A stretch of 27,242 nt of DNA from Candidatus Segetimicrobium genomatis. Its GTDB lineage: Bacteria > Sysuimicrobiota > Sysuimicrobiia > Sysuimicrobiales > Segetimicrobiaceae. The notes beneath the pieces are model-generated. The model searched no databases, was not told the DNA's origin, and saw only the letters and a list, made by a program, of their open reading frames with translations. A program made the position numbers and the translations under genes. The stretch's first letter is position 1. Every line of letters begins with the position of its first letter. Below, piece by piece: positions 1-8,941 of this stretch. The stretch is taken from contig VBAO01000001.1 in the NCBI GenBank assembly GCA_005883865.1, forward strand, positions 1 through 27,242. Reading direction: 5' to 3'.

Positions 1-2
1 GG

Positions 3-1040
3 ATCCGAGCGTACGTTCGTGCCTTCGAGCCGGCGAAGCGGCTCGTGCTGATCACCGCGCGCGTCGGGGGTCGGCTGCAGGCGGTGCTCCCCCTGATCAA
101 GGAGCGAGCGCTGTCGTATGGCTTTCCCGTGACCAGGCTACGCGGAGCGGCCAATTGCCACTCGTGTCGGTTCGACGTAGTCCGGGGCGCTGGCCTCGAG
201 GGCGAGGTCGCCGTCTCGGCTGTCTGGAAGTCCCTCAGGCGTTTCCGACATTGGGATGTCCTGCAGTTCTGTGATGTGCCGGAGGCTGGCGCACTGGACC
301 GTTTGTGTGACGTGACCCGCGGCGATGGGTTGCTCATCGCGCGCTGGGAATCGAAGCGCAGCCCCTATATCCCGCTCTCGGCCTTCCGCGGAGACGAGGA
401 CCCGTGGCGTTCGAACAGCAGCGCGAACTTTCGCTCGAGCATGCGCAAGAGGATCCGACGACTCGGCGCGCGCGGCCCCCTACGCCTGCGGCGAATTGAA
501 ACCGCCGATCAGCATTGCATTCAGAAGTTCTACGACCTCGAAAAAACTGGCTGGAAGGGCGACGTCGGGAGCGCCATTGCGTGCAACCAAAGCACCCGCA
601 CGTTCTATGACGAGATCGCCGAGAATGCGGCGCGCTTCAACTATCTCTCGCTCTATTTCCTTGAAGTCAACGACCAGATGGTCGCCGCCAACTTTGGACT
701 CAGCTATCGGGGTCGCTTCTTCAGCCTCAAACTCGTCATGAACGAGGAGTATAGGGAATTCGGCCCGGGCCATCTGATGATCAATGCTGGCGTCCAGGAT
801 TGCGTGGAGCGGGGCTTCACTCACTACGATTTCACGGGGCCGCGGGAGGAGTATGAGAGTACGTGGACCTCGCATGTTCGGCCCCACTCCGAGGTCTTGG
901 TCTTCCGGGACGGTCCCTACGGCCGCCTGCTTCATGCCGTCAACCTCCGACTGAGGGGCCGCGTGCGATTGAGGGCCCGGGTGGGAGCGCTGCTTGGTCG
1001 AGCCGATCGTTCACCCCGAAGTGGTGGCCAACCGGCCTAG
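3..1040 (+). CDS. GNAT-family acyltransferase, CelD/BcsL (Acetyltransf_6)-like; 5' truncated by window edge
   Basis: Frame is open from nt 3 (IRAYVRAFEPAKRLVLITARVGGRLQAVLPL), so the true start lies left of the window. Family-type segments: FRSSMRKRIRRL, LEKTGWKG, FYDEIAENAA, LYFLEVNDQMVA, FGPGHLM, YDFTG. Confidence 0.8.
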   Translation: MRAYVRAFEPAKRLVLITARVGGRLQAVLPLIKERALSYGFPVTRLRGAANCHSCRFDVVRGAGLEGEVAVSAVWKSLRRFRHWDVLQFCDVPEAGALDRLCDVTRGDGLLIARWESKRSPYIPLSAFRGDEDPWRSNSSANFRSSMRKRIRRLGARGPLRLRRIETADQHCIQKFYDLEKTGWKGDVGSAIACNQSTRTFYDEIAENAARFNYLSLYFLEVNDQMVAANFGLSYRGRFFSLKLVMNEEYREFGPGHLMINAGVQDCVERGFTHYDFTGPREEYESTWTSHVRPHSEVLVFRDGPYGRLLHAVNLRLRGRVRLRARVGALLGRADRSPRSGGQPA

Positions 1041-1060
1041 GCCCGAAGCCGCAGATCTCG

Positions 1061-1065
1061 GGAGA
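1061..1065 (+). promoter_or_regulatory. Possible Shine-Dalgarno (GGAGA) for the ATP-grasp gene
   Basis: GGAGA lies 5 nt upstream of an in-frame CTG at 1071; no comparable SD near the GTG at 1098. Confidence 0.35.
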
Positions 1066-1097
1066 ACACCCTGGCAACACTGTCAGTCGATGCGCTA

Positions 1098-2318
1098 GTG
1101 CTCGATGGACGCCTCCGACAGTCGCTGGTCACCGTGCGTTCGCTCGGTCGCCTGGGACGGTCGGTGGCGGCGGTGGACACCGTCAGCCACGTGCCGGCGT
1201 TTTCGTCGCGCTGGTGTCGGTCCGGCTTCGTGTGCCCGGCCGAGGAGGGCACCGACGCCTACGTCGCGTATCTGGAGGAGGTGCTGGAGCGCGTGGGCGC
1301 ACGAATCCTCATTCCCTCGGCCGATGGCACGATCGCGCTTCTTCGCCGGCACCGCGCGCGAGTTCAACAGCGAGTACGGATCGCCCTGGCGGACGAGCCG
1401 GCCCTGGCCATTGCCGTCAGTAAAGAGCGCACCTTGGCGGTCGCGAAGCGGCTGGGCATCGGCGTACCGCGCACGGTCTTCGTGAGCACCCTCGACGAGG
1501 TCCCGGCGGCGTTGAAGGAGATCGGACTCCCGGCTGTGGTCAAACCGAGCGAGTCGTGGCTCGGGGGTGAGCCACACGGAGCCTGGATGGGTCCCGAGCT
1601 CGTCACGACTCCAGACGAGGCGCGGCGTGCCGTGGGAGCGGTGACATGCCTCGGCGGCGTCGCGCTGTTCCAGGAGCTGCTCACTGGGCGACGTGAGGCC
1701 GTGAGTCTTCTCTATGCCAAGGGCGAGATCTACGCGCGTTTCGCCCAGTGGGCAAAGCGGACCGCACCGCCGCTCGGGGGCACATCCGTTCTGCGCCAGA
1801 GCATCGCCGTTCCGCCTGATATCGGTCATCAGGCGGAGCAGCTGGTGCGCGAAATCGACCTCGAGGGTTACTCGGAGGTCGAGTTCCGGCGCGACAGTGC
1901 CGGTGTCCCGTACTTGATGGAGATCAACCCGCGGCTCTCCGCGTCGGTTGAGATTGCGGTCCGCTGCGGCGTGGATTTCCCGCATCTGCTGTACCAATGG
2001 GCGAGTGGCGAGCCGATCGACACGATCGCGGCCTATCGGACTGGCGCCTGGATGCGGCATCTTCAAGGCGATATCATGACGACCATCGCGGCGTTCCTGC
2101 AGCGAGGTCGGCCCGGAGTCGCGTCGCCGACACAGGCGGTCTTGGGTTTCGGCCTCTCGTTTCTGAGGCCGATGAGCTACGACTATGTCGACTGGAAGGA
2201 CCTGCGTCCGGCGATCAAGGCGGCCAGCGACTGCAGCCGCGACTTGCTGATCAGGGCGACGCGAGCGCGATGGTCACGTTCGGGACGGAGTCTCTCGTCA
2301 TCGTCGCACCGAATATGA
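1098..2318 (+). CDS. ATP-grasp domain protein (carboxylate-amine ligase); start may be CTG at 1071
   Basis: N-terminal (DAL)VLDG..QSLVTVRSLGR, ILIPSAD, KERTLAVAKRLGIGVP, LPAVVKPSES, LFQELLTG, and the C-terminal ATP-grasp signature GYSEVEFRRD...YLMEINPRLSAS. Confidence 0.85.
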   Translation: MLDGRLRQSLVTVRSLGRLGRSVAAVDTVSHVPAFSSRWCRSGFVCPAEEGTDAYVAYLEEVLERVGARILIPSADGTIALLRRHRARVQQRVRIALADEPALAIAVSKERTLAVAKRLGIGVPRTVFVSTLDEVPAALKEIGLPAVVKPSESWLGGEPHGAWMGPELVTTPDEARRAVGAVTCLGGVALFQELLTGRREAVSLLYAKGEIYARFAQWAKRTAPPLGGTSVLRQSIAVPPDIGHQAEQLVREIDLEGYSEVEFRRDSAGVPYLMEINPRLSASVEIAVRCGVDFPHLLYQWASGEPIDTIAAYRTGAWMRHLQGDIMTTIAAFLQRGRPGVASPTQAVLGFGLSFLRPMSYDYVDWKDLRPAIKAASDCSRDLLIRATRARWSRSGRSLSSSSHRI

Positions 2319-3571
2319 ACATCTCGCCGCCGTCCGTGCCGTGTGCGCGCTACGACGCCGTGGTCGTCGGCGCCGGTCCCTACGGCCTCTCGACCGCGGC
2401 CCATCTTCGCGGGCGCGGGCTGACCGTCGCGGTATTCGGCAAGCCGTTGGAACTCTGGCGCCGTCACATGCCCAAGGGGATGCTGCTGCGCTCGCATTGG
2501 TGGGCGACCAGCCTCTCGGCTCCCGGTGAGCAGTATGGGTTCGAGCGCTTTCTCCGGGCCTCCAAATACGAGACGCGTTATCCCGTGCCGATCGAGGCGT
2601 TCATTGACTATGCCCTCTGGTTCCAACACCATGCGGTGCCCGACGTCGACGAGACCTACGTCGCGTCAGTCCAGCGTCAACGGGATTCCTTTCTCCTGAC
2701 GCTCGAGGACGGCCGCACGGTACAGAGCGCAGCGGTCGTCATGGCGGTCGGCCTCTACTACTATGCGGCTCGCGCGGAACCGTACGGTCGACTGCCCGGT
2801 CGACTCGTCTCGCATTCCTGCGAGCATCATGATTTGGGTGCCTTCAAGGGCAGGCGAGTCATCGTCGTCGGTGGCGGTCAGAGCGCGATCGAGTACACGG
2901 CGCTGCTGCACGAGGCTGGGGCGGCCGTCCATGTCGTCGCACGGCGACCCATTCTGTGGCTGCCCCCTGATCGGGCGAACGAGCGGACCCGGCTGGAGCG
3001 GATGCTGGCACCCAACGCGAGCATCGCACCCGGCTGGCGCAACTGGATACTCGAGCATTTCCCCTATCTCTTCTACCGCTTCCCCCAGGACAGTAAAGAC
3101 CGGTACAACGGCAACTACGTCTCCGGGGCCACGGACTGGTTACGGGAGCGGGTCATCGGCAAGGCGACGCTCCACGAGGGCCATACGGTTGTCGAGGCGA
3201 CGGAGGTGGATGGGAGAGTCGCCGCGACCATCTCTGACGGGACGACGGTGAGGGCCGATCACGCCATCCTGGCGACGGGTTACCGGGTCGATCTCAACAA
3301 GTTGACGATGCTCCACCCATCACTGCTGAGCGACGTCAAAACCGATAGGGCGATTCCGATCCTGAGCCCATCGTTCGAGAGCAGTGTGGCGGGCCTCTAC
3401 TTTGTCGGACTGACTTCCCTGCGCGCCTTCGGCCCGCTGTACCGGTTCGTCGCCGGCTGCAAGGCGGCGGGCCGTCGCGTCGCGGCGTCGGTTGCACGAC
3501 AGAAGATCGCAACACGGTACGCAGTAACCCGCCCGGCCCCGGAGCTCACGGAGCGGCAGCCCGCGGCGTGA
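2315..3571 (+). CDS. FAD/NAD(P)-dependent oxidoreductase, flavin monooxygenase/N-hydroxylase-like
   Basis: ATG at 2315 overlaps the upstream stop (ATGA). FAD motif VVVGAGPYG, NAD(P) motif VIVVGGGQSA, late LATGY motif, and LYFVGLTS..AFGPLYRFVAG near the C-terminus. The ORF-track extension to 1997 overlaps the ATP-grasp gene. Confidence 0.8.
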   Translation: MNISPPSVPCARYDAVVVGAGPYGLSTAAHLRGRGLTVAVFGKPLELWRRHMPKGMLLRSHWWATSLSAPGEQYGFERFLRASKYETRYPVPIEAFIDYALWFQHHAVPDVDETYVASVQRQRDSFLLTLEDGRTVQSAAVVMAVGLYYYAARAEPYGRLPGRLVSHSCEHHDLGAFKGRRVIVVGGGQSAIEYTALLHEAGAAVHVVARRPILWLPPDRANERTRLERMLAPNASIAPGWRNWILEHFPYLFYRFPQDSKDRYNGNYVSGATDWLRERVIGKATLHEGHTVVEATEVDGRVAATISDGTTVRADHAILATGYRVDLNKLTMLHPSLLSDVKTDRAIPILSPSFESSVAGLYFVGLTSLRAFGPLYRFVAGCKAAGRRVAASVARQKIATRYAVTRPAPELTERQPAA

Positions 3572-4413
3572 GCACGACTGGCAACGGACGCGGCAACCTC
3601 CCCCTTCCCCTCCGCGAGCATTATCTCGTGGAGAAGGAGCTCGCGGTACGCTTGCGCACGTCGCCGCGCGATGCGCGGCGCGCGCTCTATTCCACCATTT
3701 ACGATGAGCTGTTCCGCCGCGTGCCGCACCACCCGATGCTGCGGCGCAAGAGCGATCCCGTCACCACGCGCCGCTTGGTGCTATCGCAGCTTCGGCTGCT
3801 TCGGCGCTTCCTCCGGCCGGACACGTGCTTTCTCGAGATCGGGCCTGGCGACTGCAGCCTCTCGTTCGCCGTCGCGCAGGTCGTCCGCCAGGTCTACGCC
3901 GTGGACGTATCGGCGGTGATCAGCGCAGCGGCCGGACGTCCGGCCAACGTCCAGCTGATCCTGTCCGATGGAACGAGCGTTCCCGTCCCCCAGGGGAGCG
4001 TCACGGTGGCATTCAGCAATCAACTCCTCGAGCATCTGCATCCCGACGACGCGCTCGAGCAGGTGCGCAACATCTACCACGCCCTCGCCCGCGGCGGCGT
4101 GTACATCGGCATCACGCCAAACGCCCTCTCGGGGCCCCATGACGTGTCGAAGTTTTTCGACCGCGTGCCGACAGGCTTTCATCTCAAGGAGTACACGAAT
4201 GCCGAACTCTACGACCTCTTCGTCGACGCCGGGTTTTCCAAGGTCCGCGCGATGCTGTCGGTGAAGGGGCACTCGCTGCTCATGCCGGTGGCGGTGTGCC
4301 GCGTGGCGGAGTGGTTGATTCGCCGGCTGCCATTCCCATGGAGCCGTCACGTCGCGGCCCGCCTACCGGCTCGGCTGATTCTCGGAATTCAAATGGTCGC
4401 CTACAAGGCGTAG
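3568..4413 (+). CDS. Class I SAM-dependent methyltransferase
   Basis: GTGA overlap with the upstream gene. Motif I FLEIGPGDC, VYAVDVS, SVTVAFSNQLLEHLHP, ALARGGVYIGITP. Confidence 0.85.
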   Translation: MSTTGNGRGNLPLPLREHYLVEKELAVRLRTSPRDARRALYSTIYDELFRRVPHHPMLRRKSDPVTTRRLVLSQLRLLRRFLRPDTCFLEIGPGDCSLSFAVAQVVRQVYAVDVSAVISAAAGRPANVQLILSDGTSVPVPQGSVTVAFSNQLLEHLHPDDALEQVRNIYHALARGGVYIGITPNALSGPHDVSKFFDRVPTGFHLKEYTNAELYDLFVDAGFSKVRAMLSVKGHSLLMPVAVCRVAEWLIRRLPFPWSRHVAARLPARLILGIQMVAYKA

Positions 4414-4432
4414 CGCTTCCGAGACGGTCGTC

Positions 4433-5866
4433 ATGATCGAACGCCGCGATATCTCCGAGGAGAGCCCGAAGGGAGGGGGGACCGAGCCGCCCTCGCCGAC
4501 TGGCGGAGGGACTCCCGCGCCACGCCGAGAGTGGTGGCAAGAAGACGCCGCCGGTGCCGCGAGCCGTTGGTCCGAGCCTGCCGCCGAGGCCCAGGAGGCA
4601 CCGGCCGACAGCGCCGTGTCCTTTTACCTTCTGATGGGCTTCACCTTCATTTTGTTGGTTGCGCCACAACGGTTCATTCCGGCGCTTGCCCAGGTACGCA
4701 TCGCCCTCCTGACGGCGATCGGGGCGGTGGCCGTGCACTTGGTGAACCGGTTCGTGCACCGACAACCGCTCGTCGTGTTCACGCGCGAGCTGCGCATCGT
4801 GGCCGTCCTTTGCGGCTGGGCCATCGTGACCGTCCCCTTTTCTTACTGGCCGGGCGGGAGCGTCGAAGTCCTTCTCAGCCATTATTTCAAGAACGTCGCG
4901 GTCTTCTGGTTGATCGGCGCCACCGTCAGTAGCGTGACTCGACTCCGTCAGGTTGCCTGGGGACTGAGCCTGATGACGATTCCGGCGGCGGTGGTGGGAG
5001 TCGGCGAGTACCTGTCAGGGAACCTGCGTGGCGGTCGGATCGTCGGGTTCGTCTCGCCGATGGCGAGCAATCCGAATGATCTCGCCCTGCTGGTCAACTT
5101 GGTTCTCCCGTTCACGGTCGCGCTCCTGGCGATCAACCGGAACACCGTCATTCGTACGGGGTTGTTTGCGATCCTCGGCCTGGATGTCCTCGCGGTCATT
5201 CTCACGTTCTCTCGCGGCGGTTTCTTGACGCTGGCGACGATCCTCTCGACCTACGCCTGGGCGTGGGCCCGGCGCGGAGGAGGGCGCTGGGTGGTCGTGC
5301 TCGTGGTCGCGCTCGCGGCCGCGCCGTTGCTGCCGTCGACCTATGTGGACCGCCTGGGCACGATCACCAGTGTCGACGCGGACCCGACCGGGTCCTCCCA
5401 AGAGCGGTGGAGGGACACGGTCGCCGCGCTGGAGTTCGTGCGCGCCCACCCAATCGTCGGGGCCGGGATCGGCATGAACAGCCTGGCCCTCAACGACGTG
5501 CGGGGGCCGTCGTGGAAGCCCGTGCACAACGTGTTTCTCGAGTACGCCGTCGATCTGGGTATCCCGGGGTTGGTCCTGTATCTCCTGTTGTTCGTCAGCT
5601 GCGCCAAGAGCGCGATCGTCGTCCACCGCCGATCCGCGGGCGCCGTCGGCCTTCGGGAACTGCACAGCCTTGCCGAGGCGGTCCGCACCAGCCTGCTTGG
5701 CTTCGGCGTCGCCGCGCTCTTCCATCCGGTGGCATATCACACCGTTTTCTATTACTTCGGCGCGGTGGCGGTCGCCTTGAGGGCCGCGCTCGTCGCTGAA
5801 GAGGGACATCGCGGCACCCCGGAGGTCGCCGGCGAACCATGGGCCCCAGTCAATACGGACTCGTAA
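4433..5866 (+). CDS. O-antigen ligase / Wzy-type polymerase family membrane protein
   Basis: Many hydrophobic helices; NPNDLA, ILTFSRGGFLTL, periplasmic-loop SSQERW...HPIVGAGIG, and VHNVFLEYAVDLGIPGL, as in Wzy_C/WaaL-like proteins. Confidence 0.85.
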   Translation: MIERRDISEESPKGGGTEPPSPTGGGTPAPRREWWQEDAAGAASRWSEPAAEAQEAPADSAVSFYLLMGFTFILLVAPQRFIPALAQVRIALLTAIGAVAVHLVNRFVHRQPLVVFTRELRIVAVLCGWAIVTVPFSYWPGGSVEVLLSHYFKNVAVFWLIGATVSSVTRLRQVAWGLSLMTIPAAVVGVGEYLSGNLRGGRIVGFVSPMASNPNDLALLVNLVLPFTVALLAINRNTVIRTGLFAILGLDVLAVILTFSRGGFLTLATILSTYAWAWARRGGGRWVVVLVVALAAAPLLPSTYVDRLGTITSVDADPTGSSQERWRDTVAALEFVRAHPIVGAGIGMNSLALNDVRGPSWKPVHNVFLEYAVDLGIPGLVLYLLLFVSCAKSAIVVHRRSAGAVGLRELHSLAEAVRTSLLGFGVAALFHPVAYHTVFYYFGAVAVALRAALVAEEGHRGTPEVAGEPWAPVNTDS

Positions 5867-5877
5867 CCAATACGACG

Positions 5878-7017
5878 ATGATCAAGACGATCGAGGATGC
5901 GGCCGGCTTTTGCGCGCTCAGGGAGGAGTGGGACGAGCTGCTCGAAGCCAGTGCCTCGAATTCCTTCTTCTTGACCTGGGAGTGGCTGTATCCCTGGTGG
6001 AAGCATCTCTCCGGCGACCGAAAGCTGCGTATCATCACGCTGCGCTCCGACGGCGAGCTCATCGCCATTGCGCCCCTGGCGTCGCGGCGCGGGCGGCTCG
6101 CACGCCTGGTCCCATTTCGCGCGTTCGAATTCCTCGGCGCCGATCGGCTCGCCTCGGATTACCTGGATCTGATCATCAAGCGTGGTCGGGAGGCAGAGGC
6201 GCTGCAGGCGCTGGGCGACTACCTGGACCGCGAAATGGCGATGCTCGAAATGGCCAATCTTCGCCGAGACTCCTGCACAGCCGCGAGCCTGACGCGGGAA
6301 CTTCAGGAGCACGGGTGGACCCCGTATGAAGAAACGACCGGTATCTGTCCGTTCATTCCCTTGTCCGGCCACTCCTGGGAATCTTATCTCGCGAGCTTGG
6401 GCCCCGAGCATCGCTATAACTTCCGGCGGCGGCTGAAAAATCTCACCAAGGCGTCCGACGTGCGCTTCGAGCAAGCGCGTTCGCCCGCGCAGGTTCGCGC
6501 CACATTGCCCTGGCTCGTGACCCTGCACAAGATGCGCTGGCGGAATCACGGACGCTCGGACGCCTTCCACCGATCAGATCTCCTGGCCTTTCACGAGGAG
6601 GCGAGCCGCCTGGCGCTCGAGCGCGGCTGGCTGCGGCTCTTTCTCATGACGATAGACGGTCAGCCCGCGGCATCCCTCTATGGCTTTCACTACCACCGCA
6701 CCTTCTACTTCCTCCAGTCGGGCTTCGATCCCACGTTTCGGAAGCAGAGCGTCGGTCTGCTCACCATGGGATTGGCGATTAAGAGCGCCATCGAGGAAGG
6801 AGCAGAAGAATACGACATGCTCCGGGGCGACGAGCCGTACAAGTTCCACTGGGCTCGGGAGCAGCGCGGTCTCGTCCGGATCGAACTGTACCCACCGCGT
6901 CTGTCCGCGTTGCTCTACCGGCGCGTTCAATCCGTGGGCCGGGCCGCCAAGACAGTGATGCGGGGCGCCTTCGCGAGGACGATGACTCATCGCACCGCGA
7001 CGGCGCTGAGAGGCTGA
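5878..7017 (+). CDS. GNAT-family acyltransferase, CelD/BcsL (Acetyltransf_6)-like
   Basis: Second ATG (5878) gives the usual N-terminus (IKTIEDAAGFCALREEWDELL...FFLTWEW). Also SDYLDLI, RYNFRRRLKNL, YFLQSGFDP...SVGLL, YDMLRGDEPYKFHW. Confidence 0.85.
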   Translation: MIKTIEDAAGFCALREEWDELLEASASNSFFLTWEWLYPWWKHLSGDRKLRIITLRSDGELIAIAPLASRRGRLARLVPFRAFEFLGADRLASDYLDLIIKRGREAEALQALGDYLDREMAMLEMANLRRDSCTAASLTRELQEHGWTPYEETTGICPFIPLSGHSWESYLASLGPEHRYNFRRRLKNLTKASDVRFEQARSPAQVRATLPWLVTLHKMRWRNHGRSDAFHRSDLLAFHEEASRLALERGWLRLFLMTIDGQPAASLYGFHYHRTFYFLQSGFDPTFRKQSVGLLTMGLAIKSAIEEGAEEYDMLRGDEPYKFHWAREQRGLVRIELYPPRLSALLYRRVQSVGRAAKTVMRGAFARTMTHRTATALRG

Positions 7018-7018
7018 G

Positions 7019-8941
7019 ATGTGCGGCATCTTCGGCGTCTTCGGCAGCGACGGGACGCGGCCAGCGGACCGTCAGGGCCTGCTCCGAATGGGAGAGGTGC
7101 TGGCCCGTCGCGGGCCGGATGGCGGTGGGCTTCACACGGACGGCGGTCTCGGCATCGGGATGCGTCGTCTGAGCATCATCGACCTGAAGACCGGCGACCA
7201 GCCGTTGGCCAACGAAGACGGATCCCTCTGGGTCGTCTTCAATGGTGAGATCTATAACTACCGCGAGCTCACGGCGGAACTTCTGGCGAAGGGGCATCGG
7301 TTTTCGACAGCGTCAGATACGGAGGTGCTCGTTCACTTGTACGAGGACCACGGCGAGGCCTGCGTCGACAAGCTGCGCGGAATGTTCGCCTTTGCCGTAT
7401 GGAATCGATCGCGACGCACGTTGTTTCTCGCCCGCGACCGGTTGGGAATCAAACCGCTCTACTATGGCCAGACCCCACACGGATTCGTGTTCGGGTCGGA
7501 GCTGAAGGCGGTTCTTCAGAGCCCGTGGGTTCCCCGCGAGGTGGATCGCCGTGGGGTCGCGGCCTACCTTCAGTTCGGGTACGTGCCGGAGGCGCTCACC
7601 ATCCTCAAGGGGGTAGCCAAACTCCCGCCCGGACACACCCTGACGGTGCGAGAGGGGCGCGCCGGGGCGCCGCGGCGCTACTGGGATCCAACAGCGTCCT
7701 TCCGGAATCCGGGGCGCCCGCCGAGCGAAGAGGACGCATCCGAGTCACTGTGGACCCTCTTGAAGGACGCAGTCCGCTCGCACCTCGTCAGCGACGTGCC
7801 GGTCGGCGCCTTCCTGAGCGGGGGAGTCGATTCGAGCACCGTCGTCGCGATCATGGCGTCCGAGGTCGGTGTCCCGGTCAAGACGTTCTCCGTGGGCTTC
7901 CGGGAAGAAGCGTACAACGAGCTCGCCTATGCGCGACGAGTCGCAGAGCGGTTCCGGACAGAGCACCACGAGCTCGTCGTCGGTCCCCAAGACCTCGACG
8001 TGCTGGATGACCTCCTGAGCGCCTTCGATGAGCCGTTTGCCGATCCATCCGCGATCCCGACCTACCTCGTCTCGCGTCTCGCGCGGCAGCACGTGAAGGT
8101 CGTGTTGTCGGGTGACGGAGGGGATGAGTTGTTCGCCGGTTACGACCGGTACATGGTGGACCACCGCCGGCGGCATCTGGGGCTCATCGGGGACGTGGGG
8201 CTCGGCGGCGGCTTGCGAGGCCTGAGTGCACTGCTGCCGGAGGGGGCGCCAGGCAAGAACCTCCTCTACAACTTGTCGCTCCCGCGCATGGAGCGATACC
8301 TGGACGCTATTTCACTCTTTCCACCCCGCGCTCTTCGGCATCTCCTGGAGCCCGCGGTCGCCGCCGAGGCGGTCGTCCCGATGGACACGAGGCCCAGCGC
8401 GGGGCTGGATGCGCTCTCCCGGCTGCAGGATCTTGACCTGCGCACCTACCTTCCGGGAGACATCCTCACGAAGGTCGATCGGATGAGCATGGCGAACTCC
8501 CTCGAGGCACGGGTCCCACTCCTCGATCATCCCTTTGTGGAGTTTGCCTGCGGACTGCCTGCCCGCCTCCGGCTCAACTCCGGAGAGCAGAAGTATCTGC
8601 TGAAGCGGGTGCTCCGAGGTCGGCTCCCCGCGGAGGTGTTGATCCGCCCGAAGCAGGGATTCGCGGTGCCCCTCGAAGCCTGGTTCGAGGAACGATTGCC
8701 CGGATTCTTTCAAGACCTGCTTGCCGGGGCGAGCCGCCTCGCGGATGTCGGAGTCAAGCCCTCGGCCGTCCAGTCCCTGATGGAGCTGTATACGAGGAGA
8801 CGACGACCGGACCACTGCCGGCGTCTCTGGGCCCTGGCCGTGCTCGATCGGGCCCTTCGCCGGATTTTGCGGACCGAGGGCCATCAGGTGGACTCGCTGC
8901 GCGGAGCCGAATCCAAGATCGGGAGCGAATCGAAATCATGA
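7019..8941 (+). CDS. asnB: Asparagine synthase (glutamine-hydrolysing)-like amidotransferase, paralog 1
   Basis: MCGIFG (Ntn Cys), RGPD, RRLSIID, FNGEIYNY, RDRLGIKPLYY, FLSGGVDSS, SGDGGDELFAGY, KVDRMSMANSLEARVPLLD, RPKQGF. Context favours polysaccharide amidation over Asn synthesis. Confidence 0.92.
   Translation: MCGIFGVFGSDGTRPADRQGLLRMGEVLARRGPDGGGLHTDGGLGIGMRRLSIIDLKTGDQPLANEDGSLWVVFNGEIYNYRELTAELLAKGHRFSTASDTEVLVHLYEDHGEACVDKLRGMFAFAVWNRSRRTLFLARDRLGIKPLYYGQTPHGFVFGSELKAVLQSPWVPREVDRRGVAAYLQFGYVPEALTILKGVAKLPPGHTLTVREGRAGAPRRYWDPTASFRNPGRPPSEEDASESLWTLLKDAVRSHLVSDVPVGAFLSGGVDSSTVVAIMASEVGVPVKTFSVGFREEAYNELAYARRVAERFRTEHHELVVGPQDLDVLDDLLSAFDEPFADPSAIPTYLVSRLARQHVKVVLSGDGGDELFAGYDRYMVDHRRRHLGLIGDVGLGGGLRGLSALLPEGAPGKNLLYNLSLPRMERYLDAISLFPPRALRHLLEPAVAAEAVVPMDTRPSAGLDALSRLQDLDLRTYLPGDILTKVDRMSMANSLEARVPLLDHPFVEFACGLPARLRLNSGEQKYLLKRVLRGRLPAEVLIRPKQGFAVPLEAWFEERLPGFFQDLLAGASRLADVGVKPSAVQSLMELYTRRRRPDHCRRLWALAVLDRALRRILRTEGHQVDSLRGAESKIGSESKS

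Noticed and set aside
1-6. Window starts with GGATCC (BamHI site), hinting at a cloning junction
   Set aside because: It reads in frame as part of the GNAT's (W)IRAY segment, so natural coding sequence explains it; a clone end cannot be shown from this alone.
1997-2314. ORF-track N-terminal extensions (from 1997, 5839, 9768, 10571, 16655, 17782, 19173, 23734, 25100)
   Set aside because: They overlap upstream genes or read as Arg/Pro-rich off-frame text; downstream starts give family-typical N-termini with stop/start overlaps or SD sites.
1098-3571. Ligase plus flavoprotein as a stand-alone NIS siderophore cluster
   Set aside because: The ligase is ATP-grasp, not IucA/IucC-type, and no receptor, transporter or Fur-box-like site is visible; kept only as a chemical analogy.
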